DNA from: a virus | Taxonomy: Duplodnaviria; Caudoviricetes | Virus record (IMG/VR): IMGVR_UViG_3300029179_000024 | Location: 1-29,075 of that record | Direction: 5' to 3' (one strand) | DNA length: 29,075 nt | In this document: positions 1 to 7,417 of the stretch, in pieces | Layout: each line of letters opens with the position of its first letter | How positions within the stretch are numbered: position 1 is the stretch's first letter | Position numbers and translations under genes: made by a program | The notes under the pieces: model-generated | Database searches by the model: none | What the model was told of the DNA's origin: nothing | The model's input: the letters and a program-made list of their open reading frames with translations, nothing else

Positions 1-17
1 GTTTCCCAGTCACGATC
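1..17 (+). other. Random-amplification (SISPA / round A-B) primer tag, technical artefact
   Basis: GTTTCCCAGTCACGATC is the standard round A/B random-PCR primer; its exact reverse complement ends the window. Confidence 0.9.
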
Positions 18-58
18 GCCGGCTGCCTCAGTGAGGGAGAGCGGAGGTTGAGGAAGAG

Positions 59-235
59 TTAGATAATTGGTTTGATTATTTTGAGTTGTAGTTTGTAAGG
101 CCTTTTAATTGGGAACTTACCTGTAGCTATATCGATCCCACAATATTCACATACTGTATCGCCTATCCCAACTAAATGTCTTGTAGATTTCGGGCATTGT
201 ATTATTTTAATGTCATTATCGTAGTAAGTCTCCAT
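59..235 (-). CDS. Small hypothetical protein (58 aa), possible Zn-binding
   Basis: Read manually: METYYDNDIKIIQCPKSTRHLVGIGDTVCEYCGID...; starts 4 nt after the PolX stop; C-x5-H...CxxC. Confidence 0.55.
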   Translation of the reverse strand: METYYDNDIKIIQCPKSTRHLVGIGDTVCEYCGIDIATGKFPIKRPYKLQLKIIKPII

Positions 236-239
236 ATGC

Positions 240-710
240 TTATTTCCCTCTCAACTCTGGTTCTTTATATTGCTTGCCTAACGCTTTGTAGATTTGTTCT
301 TCAGTACGTGATGCGATCAATTCATTGTTCCTATTCCACAATCCATACTGATCAAGCTTCAATCCCATCACCTTGGCTCTTTTCCTATACGAGATATTGT
401 AGCCAGCAGGTCCAGTCAAGAAAAAGAGCATTGCGCCCCAACTCCCAAGTTCTGAATGATAGATATTGAACCGCATTCCTTTGTAGTCAACATCCATCTT
501 CTTATCGCCGCCATTTATTCTTTTTACTTTCACATTGTCTTCAAATCGTTTGGATATACCGTCTAATGACTCTGATACGATAATGTCTACGTCTCCAACT
601 GTCTCTTCTTTACGTCGTAAAGATCCAGCAATTGCGTACTCTTCTGTAATGAATTTTGCAATGAACTCAATCGCAATCTCTAACGCAACATTCTGCATCC
701 GTCTCATCAT
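240..710 (-). CDS. polX: Minimal family X DNA polymerase (palm + C-terminal domain only)
   Basis: AGSLRR...GDVDIIV nucleotidyltransferase motif; FLTGP, LKLDQYGL, TEEQIYKALG..Y.EPELR C-terminal PolX signature. Confidence 0.9.
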   Translation of the reverse strand: MMRRMQNVALEIAIEFIAKFITEEYAIAGSLRRKEETVGDVDIIVSESLDGISKRFEDNVKVKRINGGDKKMDVDYKGMRFNIYHSELGSWGAMLFFLTGPAGYNISYRKRAKVMGLKLDQYGLWNRNNELIASRTEEQIYKALGKQYKEPELRGK

Positions 711-715
711 GTCTC

Positions 716-1561
716 CTATTTATCTGGTCGAGGTCGATACACATGTCCTTCAATCAACTTACCCTTACTCGAACGCTTTCTGTATTCTACCTCAACAATT
801 GTATTGAGTAACGATTTACGATTCTTCCACATCTCTACTCGATCTCTATCATCCATTCCTGAAATGTTTGCTGTCTCAATTGACCATTTCCCTGCAGCAA
901 TTGGCATCCGTACTTCTAATGAACCAAGCATCCCAACATACTTGCCTTTACCTTCTTTGAATCCAACAATCAAACAATCCATCGTTTGCTTTGGTTTGAC
1001 CTTCCACCAATACTTACTTCTCTTAAATTCATACGGGCTGTTGAGAAACTTAATGATGGAACCATCACACCCAGATGAAAGATGAAACCGGTGTACTTCT
1101 TCAAAATCTTCGTATGATATTACGTGATTGACCTTTGTCGTTTGAATCATCGGGTGTCGATGTTTTGCAAATATCTCTTCTAACCTCTGACGTCGATCAC
1201 GCAATGGTTCATCTAAACGATCTTGATGGACCAAATCAAATATCTTATATCGTCCATGCTTTTCAAGATGCTCAGTCACATCGGCTTTTGATGATCGGAA
1301 CAGTGTCATTGTCTGTTCCCAATTCTGTCCAGCAATTTCTCCATCAATGATATACTTACGCAACGGCAGACTGTTCAGGAACGTTTGGATCTCCTTTACG
1401 TTGAACAGTGGCTTCCCCTGTTTCGTTGACCACATCCCGTTTCTTCTGATGAACCGGAACCCGTCGATCTTTTCCTCGACTTGTACTCTTAGCCACTTTA
1501 TCAGCTCCCACTCCTTTAGATCGCTTAGGTTTGCTCTTCTTGCTTTCATTACGTCGATCAT
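716..1561 (-). CDS. lig: ATP-dependent DNA ligase, minimal (adenylation + OB domains)
   Basis: Motif I EEKIDGFR, III IIDGEI, IIIa YKIFDLV, IV DGSIIK, V WWKVKP, OB-fold GKGKYVGMLGSL, terminal RPDK; RBS GAGGA. Confidence 0.92.
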   Translation of the reverse strand: MIDVMKARRANLSDLKEWELIKWLRVQVEEKIDGFRFIRRNGMWSTKQGKPLFNVKEIQTFLNSLPLRKYIIDGEIAGQNWEQTMTLFRSSKADVTEHLEKHGRYKIFDLVHQDRLDEPLRDRRQRLEEIFAKHRHPMIQTTKVNHVISYEDFEEVHRFHLSSGCDGSIIKFLNSPYEFKRSKYWWKVKPKQTMDCLIVGFKEGKGKYVGMLGSLEVRMPIAAGKWSIETANISGMDDRDRVEMWKNRKSLLNTIVEVEYRKRSSKGKLIEGHVYRPRPDK

Positions 1562-1844
1562 TCTTATCCTCTGACGTTGGCGGTGTTTCTTTAAGAGTGA
1601 AGTTCGCTCCTTCTAACTTCATCTTATTCCACTTATGCTTGTACCACGTAAAGTGCCCACCTCTCCCATCCTTACTCAACGCGTTTGATTTTGGATATTC
1701 CTTACGGATGACCTTTTCTACTTCTTCTTTTGCGATCACACCATTCGATTTGTCTAACAACGAGAAAATTAATTCACGCAATGAATGATACTTCCCTGAG
1801 TGCGATCTTCTTGGAATAAGTTTTACTCCAATCTTACCCGGCAT
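1356..1844 (-). CDS. Hypothetical basic protein, possible winged-helix DNA binder; 3' end overlaps the ligase gene
   Basis: AAGGAGG RBS before ATG at 1844 (MPGKIG...); helical SLRELIFSLL...KEEVEKVIRKEYP segment and K/R-rich tail. Confidence 0.6.
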   Translation of the reverse strand: MPGKIGVKLIPRRSHSGKYHSLRELIFSLLDKSNGVIAKEEVEKVIRKEYPKSNALSKDGRGGHFTWYKHKWNKMKLEGANFTLKETPPTSEDKNDRRNESKKSKPKRSKGVGADKVAKSTSRGKDRRVPVHQKKRDVVNETGEATVQRKGDPNVPEQSAVA

Positions 1845-2022
1845 CAGTGTCCTCCTTACTAATTGGCTTATCATACTCAGAAAGGCGGTCAGTGACTTGT
1901 ACCGCTATTTCTATTGCTTGCCGGCTGTCTTTACTTAACAATGGCAAATGACATGTCAACAACTCACTTAAATGGATGAATGCTTCCGTTGCATGAAGAC
2001 GAATCTTCTCATCATTTGTCAT
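1834..2022 (-). CDS. Hypothetical protein (62 aa)
   Basis: AAGGAG upstream of MTNDEK; tiles between neighbours. Confidence 0.55.
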   Translation of the reverse strand: MTNDEKIRLHATEAFIHLSELLTCHLPLLSKDSRQAIEIAVQVTDRLSEYDKPISKEDTDAG

Positions 2023-2398
2023 GATGTCTTTTGTCTCCTTCTTCATCCTCATCTTCCTCATCTTCTTCATCTACTTCATCTTCATCCTCATCCTCATCCT
2101 CATCCTCATCTTCTGCATCTTTCGCAACTTGCAATGCTTCAGCATTTAAGTTGTCAAGCTCTTCATGGATTTGCGTATCAATCTTACTTAAATCCATATC
2201 AACTTTATCTTCAAACAGCTCTAGCATTTCAACACACATCGACACAAGACGCTTTGCAGCCTTAAATTCTTCAACACTTAATAATGTTGCTTCATCTTGC
2301 ACGTCAATCAATTCAGTTAATGCATTTTTGCAATCTGCTAAATCACTCACTGTATTTCTGAATCTGCAATGGCTCATGTTTCCCATAATATGCTCCAT
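2012..2398 (-). CDS. Hypothetical protein with long D/E tail
   Basis: Helical N-terminus (CRFRNTVSDLADC) and about 25-residue acidic run. Confidence 0.7.
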   Translation of the reverse strand: MEHIMGNMSHCRFRNTVSDLADCKNALTELIDVQDEATLLSVEEFKAAKRLVSMCVEMLELFEDKVDMDLSKIDTQIHEELDNLNAEALQVAKDAEDEDEDEDEDEDEVDEEDEEDEDEEGDKRHHDK

Positions 2399-2426
2399 TC
2401 ACTTGATTGATGTTTAGCAGCCTGTT

Positions 2427-2465
2427 AAAAAATACGGCAGTCAAGGGTTCTCCTCAACTGCCGTA
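2427..2465 (-). terminator. Rho-independent terminator
   Basis: Minus strand TACGGCAGTTGAGG-AGAAC-CCTTGACTGCCGTA (14-bp stem with 2 G.U) followed by TTTTTT. Confidence 0.8.
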
Positions 2466-2466
2466 C

Positions 2467-2584
2467 AAAAAAGAATAATCCGCGAGTAAAGTAATTCACC
2501 CGCTTCCTCTGACCAGGAAGATGATTTGTTTCGATAATGGTCAGTTATCGAGTATTTGTCACCTTGTAAGGATTACTCTTTTTC
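2467..2584 (-). ncRNA. Candidate structured RNA (multibranch, kissing loops), family unknown
   Basis: 15-bp closing stem, three internal hairpins, loops CUGACCA and GGUCAG complementary; G.U pairs form only on the minus strand. Confidence 0.5.
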
Positions 2585-3283
2585 TTTCTTCACATCGTCT
2601 GTTGTTTTGATACCGCTCAATTTGATGTACCCATGCTTTTCGTCATAGCGTAAGGAGCTTCGTTTGCCACCAGCATCAAGATAGCCAGCAACTGTCTTAT
2701 GCTTCTTATACAGTTCATATCGCTTATATGCTGACGATCCTTTTCTCTTTGGGTTCTCCTTCTCAATGAGCGTAATCTTTCCATCCACAACTCTCGGCCC
2801 ACGAGATTTTCGATCCTTCTTTTCTTTCTTTACTTTCTTTCCTTTCTTTTCTTTTGTGTCTTTCTTTTCTTTCTTCTCTTTCACGGGCTTCTTTGTCTTT
2901 TCGATTTTCTTTGCTGGTTTTGCTTTCTTTGGTTTCTTTTCTTCTTGCTCTTCAGCTTCATCCATTTCCGGCTCATCCATTTCGTCTTGTTCATCCATTT
3001 CTTTTTCTACCATATTTGCGCTCATATGTTTCCTTCCTTCTTTGATATCTTTGAATGTCCAAAGCTTTATTGGACCACCTAACCGATGCTGTTCTCGTTG
3101 AGCCGTCTTCTTCCTTCGCTTTACATCTTTTTTGATCGACTCACCAATGACCCGTTGATAGTGTTGCTTAATGCTCGTCTCATCAAAGAACTCACCAGCA
3201 GAATACATTGCATCTTCTCGTTCAAGACGCTTAATTTCTTCCGGTGACAATTGCTCAACTGGTTGAGCTTTCTCAACACTCAT
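2573..3283 (-). CDS. Lysine-rich (histone H1-like) putative DNA-binding protein; possible internal start at 3025
   Basis: Acidic block, K-rich low-complexity block, compact C-terminal domain ENPKRKGSSAYKRYELY...YDEKHGYIKL. Confidence 0.7.
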   Translation of the reverse strand: MSVEKAQPVEQLSPEEIKRLEREDAMYSAGEFFDETSIKQHYQRVIGESIKKDVKRRKKTAQREQHRLGGPIKLWTFKDIKEGRKHMSANMVEKEMDEQDEMDEPEMDEAEEQEEKKPKKAKPAKKIEKTKKPVKEKKEKKDTKEKKGKKVKKEKKDRKSRGPRVVDGKITLIEKENPKRKGSSAYKRYELYKKHKTVAGYLDAGGKRSSLRYDEKHGYIKLSGIKTTDDVKKEKE

Positions 3284-3294
3284 ACATCGACCTT

Positions 3295-3555
3295 CTATTC
3301 TACGTCTTTAGATCCGACAATTACAATGTTGCATGAGACTTGACATTGCAATCCACCGATGACAACTTTCCCACTTGCATTCCAGCCCGTACTCCCTGAG
3401 CTGAAATTTCTCTTATCACCGACTAACGATTGTCCATCAATCGCAATGGCAATTGCACTTGGCGCATCATCTAACTGTTTCGACGTTGGTAACTGTTTTT
3501 TCTTCTCTCCTTTCTTTACGCTACCGCCGTTGTCTTCTCTCTTTGCTTTTGCCAT
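3295..3555 (-). CDS. Hypothetical beta-rich small protein
   Basis: RBS GAGGGGG; FSSGSTGWNASGKV...CQVSCNIVIVGSK; directly downstream of a promoter. Confidence 0.75.
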   Translation of the reverse strand: MAKAKREDNGGSVKKGEKKKQLPTSKQLDDAPSAIAIAIDGQSLVGDKRNFSSGSTGWNASGKVVIGGLQCQVSCNIVIVGSKDVE

Positions 3556-3605
3556 AACGACCCCCTCTTTTAATACGCAGTAGATTCTGCTGTATTATAA
3601 TTGAT

Positions 3606-3634
3606 ATTATATCATGAAGAGGTATTGATGTACA
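3606..3634 (-). promoter_or_regulatory. Sigma70-like promoter, extended -10
   Basis: TGTACA-N17-TATAAT with TG extension in an AT-rich intergenic gap. Confidence 0.6.
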
Positions 3635-3673
3635 TATCAAAATCAATTGATCTCTAGACATGTTTTAGTGTCT

Positions 3674-3934
3674 TTATTCTTCATCTTCATCTTTTTCACT
3701 TAATCTTGCCCATGATCCATCCGTCACATCATTGACAAACAATGCATACTTCAGTTTGTCACAGACAAGAATACAAAGTCTCGTTGGATCTTTGGCAATT
3801 CTTCGATACTCATTCTCTAAATACTTCAAATCATCCTGTAGTCCTGGTAACCACTTCGTGAGTTGTACTGCGTTATCAATGCCTCTGATGTCGTCTAATG
3901 TATGTACCTTAATGCCACCGATTTTCACGTTCAT
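3674..3934 (-). CDS. Hypothetical protein (86 aa)
   Basis: ATGA overlap with the helicase stop; RBS GGAG/GAAGG. Confidence 0.65.
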   Translation of the reverse strand: MNVKIGGIKVHTLDDIRGIDNAVQLTKWLPGLQDDLKYLENEYRRIAKDPTRLCILVCDKLKYALFVNDVTDGSWARLSEKDEDEE

Positions 3935-5799
3935 GCCTTCGCTCTCCTTGCTGCACGTACTTTATCTCTCAACCATCGTGTAAAATGTGATGTCTTCAAA
4001 TATGTACTACCTGATGAAAGACCTTCTCTCTTCACAATACATTTGAACTTAATGAGCTTTGAAACGATTTCTATCGAGGTCTGTGGTGAAACATTTAAAT
4101 GCTCCATGAGATCTCTTGATGTGATGTACGTATTATTCAACAAATACTGATACGCATCATCTTGACTTCTATATGCATTGAAATACGCAATCAATGCCTC
4201 AATGTTCTCTTTTTGGAGTGATGGATTCAACTCTTTCCGTTGCCATGAGTGATCGTAATACCCATTGACATCCGACGTATAAAGTGCTCTGAAGAATGCT
4301 GCTGCACACCGTATATGTAACCGTTTGATTTGTAATGCTGATCCATCCTTTGTCGCACTATATAATCGCCCAGCAAATGCAATCGCCAACTTCGCTAACT
4401 TGAACCGAACGTTCTCTCCTTGAATCAACGGAATGCCAATATCATAAAATTTCCCTAACCGATTCGATGTTTTAAAGATCTCATCCATCGCTTCATCCGT
4501 GAATGTAATCTGTGAACTTGCTCGACTCCAAATCCACATGATGAGCTCTCGTTCTTGTGCACCTGAATACATTGGTGTTGTCGTACTGTATTGCCTATTG
4601 ATATGTTCGACTGATACTTCTTCATGTGAGACGATACATGCAAAATCAAATCGTGCAATGTCTTCTGGTGCATGCACAAGATCTTTTAATGCATGAATGC
4701 CAAATGTGTAGTTGGACATTGCCTTGCTCGGTGGATTGGCTAAGAACAATAATCGACATCGAGCATTCGTTAGCTGTTGTTGAATTTTTGTCACTTCCGC
4801 AATGCCTTCACTCCGTATGCGTGACAATCTCGTCCAATCAGAATCTCTCAACTCTGACGCTTCGTCAATGATCACCAACCCACGATCGTTTAATGGAATG
4901 CGCCCCCATGAAATCACCCAATGATTGCCAATCTGTTGTGCCCCGCCCACGAGCCCAGCGAATGAGCAATTTTCTGCACCAACGACTTCACCAATCCCAT
5001 AATACCGAGAGAGTCCTTCTGCGACATTGCCTTTTCCACAGCGTGTATCTCCAAGCACAATCGCATCTACTCGTGCTGGCTGGATTCTTCCTTTTGGCAA
5101 CTTGAATTCTAATGCACTATGAAAGACCAAATCAATCGCCAAATGCAATAGAAACCGATCATAGATCTTTGTCACATTCAATGCATACGAATCATATAAG
5201 CGCCCGAGATACTCATAGACATCATCAACGTCTTTACATTGTGGCTGACTAAACTCCAATAAGCACGACCGGCTCTTCTTCGACAATTCGAATGATTCGA
5301 TGTCCGACTTCGCCTTCTCTGCCTCTGAAAACACATATGTTGTGACTTGATTCTTTGGATCAACTGTTGAGTAGCCACTCAAATAATACGTATGATTTGA
5401 ATCAATGTCATGCCCAACAAAGTACGACGTCTGTGATGACATCCACTTCGTCCTGTCTTCTCCTGGCGGTTGTGAGACGAAAATCCGCAAGACGTTTTGT
5501 GTGTCTGTGACTTCTATCCCGAAATTCTCACATGGGACTCTGAAAATCGCTTTGACAATGCCCCGTAGCTTGTTGGTATGTACGTCAATGAACTGAAGGA
5601 ACGTTTCATCTTTTGGTTCAACAATCAATGTCTTTGGTTCTTTGTATTTGCATTTTGGATCACCACACCCAAGACACTTGACGTCAATGTTTTTTGGAAT
5701 CTTATACGGTGTCGCGCTCTTTCCAGAGACGATTGCTCGTATACGGATAGGCGCATTATGAAATTTTGCACGTGCGATGTCCGATAACGAGTTTAACAT
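3931..5799 (-). CDS. MCM-like AAA+ replicative helicase
   Basis: N-terminal Cys cluster (CLGCGDPKC) and OB-like region; Walker A GDTRCGKG, SFAGLVGG, Walker B IIDEAS, LANP, Arg finger ARFD; C-terminal winged helix. Confidence 0.85.
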   Translation of the reverse strand: MLNSLSDIARAKFHNAPIRIRAIVSGKSATPYKIPKNIDVKCLGCGDPKCKYKEPKTLIVEPKDETFLQFIDVHTNKLRGIVKAIFRVPCENFGIEVTDTQNVLRIFVSQPPGEDRTKWMSSQTSYFVGHDIDSNHTYYLSGYSTVDPKNQVTTYVFSEAEKAKSDIESFELSKKSRSCLLEFSQPQCKDVDDVYEYLGRLYDSYALNVTKIYDRFLLHLAIDLVFHSALEFKLPKGRIQPARVDAIVLGDTRCGKGNVAEGLSRYYGIGEVVGAENCSFAGLVGGAQQIGNHWVISWGRIPLNDRGLVIIDEASELRDSDWTRLSRIRSEGIAEVTKIQQQLTNARCRLLFLANPPSKAMSNYTFGIHALKDLVHAPEDIARFDFACIVSHEEVSVEHINRQYSTTTPMYSGAQERELIMWIWSRASSQITFTDEAMDEIFKTSNRLGKFYDIGIPLIQGENVRFKLAKLAIAFAGRLYSATKDGSALQIKRLHIRCAAAFFRALYTSDVNGYYDHSWQRKELNPSLQKENIEALIAYFNAYRSQDDAYQYLLNNTYITSRDLMEHLNVSPQTSIEIVSKLIKFKCIVKREGLSSGSTYLKTSHFTRWLRDKVRAARRAKA

Positions 5800-5817
5800 G
5801 CCCCGCCTTTAGTTAAT

Positions 5818-5884
5818 GTTGAGGCCCTATTGCCCGCCAACTCTGTGGCATCATAGGCTTACGGTGGTTGGCTCACACCTCAAC
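5818..5884 (-). ncRNA. Candidate three-way-junction RNA with loop-loop pseudoknot
   Basis: GTTGAGG/CCTCAAC closing stem; CCTAT..TGCC/GGCA-ATAGG hairpin; GCCAAC/GTTGGC loop complementarity. Confidence 0.35.
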
Positions 5885-5900
5885 GCTTACGTCCTACAAC

Positions 5901-6566
5901 TTACCGACGACTGCGCTTCTTTTTCTTCTTCTCCCTCTTCTCCTTTCGTGCCTTCTTTCGCTTCTTCCCACTGTCTTCATCGTCGTCCTCTCCTTCATCC
6001 TCCTCTTCTTCTTTCTCTTCGTCGTCCTCATCCTCATCAGTCTCTTCATCTTCGTCTTCACTCTCACCTTCACTCTCGTCTTCATCCTCACTCTCAGTCT
6101 CTTCTTCATCCGCATCCTCATCGGCTTCTTTCTCTACAACCTCTTGATCGCCAACTGAGAGGATGGACATATTCTGATACCCACCAGAATTCGTGCTAAA
6201 CTTCACGGTGAAATCATCTTCGTTCTCATCCACGAAGCTCTGCAACGCATCCGGCAAGTCTTCCATATCATCTGGCAATTCCAACCCGATGACTTCTGCA
6301 AACCCCTTGAAGAATGCGATGTTGTTCTCATTCTCCAAGCCGTGGAACACCAACTTATCCTTCCCCTTCATGTTCTTCGGCTTCTTAATCTTAAACGCGC
6401 TAACAACTTGCAGCCGCCCGCTCTTAGCATGCTTGACTTCCATCGACTGTAGTGAGACGACGTACTCACCATCTGGCAATTGCGAGCCACCACCACCCTT
6501 CTTTGGCTCAGTCTTTGACCACGTCTTCGACAATTTCTTCAAATCTTTCGATACATCAGTCGCCAT
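5901..6566 (-). CDS. Single-stranded DNA-binding protein-like (DUF669-type OB fold) with acidic tail
   Basis: LPDGEYVVSL...KSGRLQV...FKI pattern; follows the Sak4-like gene; long D/E tail then basic tip. Confidence 0.7.
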   Translation of the reverse strand: MATDVSKDLKKLSKTWSKTEPKKGGGGSQLPDGEYVVSLQSMEVKHAKSGRLQVVSAFKIKKPKNMKGKDKLVFHGLENENNIAFFKGFAEVIGLELPDDMEDLPDALQSFVDENEDDFTVKFSTNSGGYQNMSILSVGDQEVVEKEADEDADEEETESEDEDESEGESEDEDEETDEDEDDEEKEEEEDEGEDDDEDSGKKRKKARKEKREKKKKKRSRR

Positions 6567-6649
6567 GATACACTACCTCCAATGAATGTTAAAGTGAACT
6601 GCAACACACAACCGACCACCCCTCACTTATCGTCCATCGTCACCTCCTT

Positions 6650-7405
6650 TCATTTTTTCTTTTTCCTCCCCGTGTAGTAATCCTCAATCAACTCATACGT
6701 GCGTTTCGGGTCGGAAAAACATGGGATCTCTGGTGGGAGATACCCGTCTCGATCACCAGCTTCCAAAAACTCTGATGGTTCAAACGAGATCACTCGCTTC
6801 TTTGTGAACTTCACTTTCCCCGTCACTTCATCCTTGATCTTGATCGTCTTAAAGTCGATACAGCCAATGACTGACACAAGTGGAATGATGATCTTCCGTG
6901 CCCGATCTGGGAGCGTGGAAATCGTTTTTGTCACTGGTCCTTGCATCGTCTGAATTTCCTTAATCTGTAAATGCGAGATAAAGACGCAACCAAACTCACT
7001 GCCAATCAGCTGTGTCATCGTCTTCTTAAATTCAAGATCAATCATATCGACGCCTTTCCCATACCCAGCTTCTGATGGATGATCGATCCGTAATTTCTTA
7101 CAAACATGCGTCACACAATTCGTCCACATGGCATCAATAAAATCAAGCACGATTGTCTTATGCGACAACCGATCACGATTATCAATCAAATACGTAATCG
7201 CTTCCTTCAGCTTATCATGCGTGTTCACCAAGATGTACGGGACTTTCAATCGCTTGACTTCCTTCTTCGATGTACAAAGGAAAATACAATTCCGCCACCC
7301 CGAGGCTGTTGTCGACTTCCCAATCTTCGGTGGACCAAAGAAAAAGAACGCTGACTTCTCCAAATCCACCTTCCCACTTGATACTTCTATCCGGACTTGT
7401 CCCAT
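6650..7405 (-). CDS. Sak4-like (AAA_24-type) ATPase / recombinase
   Basis: Walker A GPPKIGKST, Walker B IVLDFID, GYGKG, FISH motifs. Confidence 0.8.
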   Translation of the reverse strand: MGQVRIEVSSGKVDLEKSAFFFFGPPKIGKSTTASGWRNCIFLCTSKKEVKRLKVPYILVNTHDKLKEAITYLIDNRDRLSHKTIVLDFIDAMWTNCVTHVCKKLRIDHPSEAGYGKGVDMIDLEFKKTMTQLIGSEFGCVFISHLQIKEIQTMQGPVTKTISTLPDRARKIIIPLVSVIGCIDFKTIKIKDEVTGKVKFTKKRVISFEPSEFLEAGDRDGYLPPEIPCFSDPKRTYELIEDYYTGRKKKK

Positions 7406-7417
7406 GCGTCATCTCCT

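Noticed and set aside
2036-2112. (TCATCC/TCTTCA)n microsatellite-like repeats, also near 5975-6125 and 8396-8428
   Set aside because: They are the antisense of GAT/GAA/GAG codons encoding acidic tails, not independent repeat elements
5818-5884. tRNA or known riboswitch (7-bp closing stem; superficial ZTP/purine-like words)
   Set aside because: No T-loop, D-loop or anticodon arm, and the conserved ligand-binding nucleotides are absent; kept only as an unknown structured element
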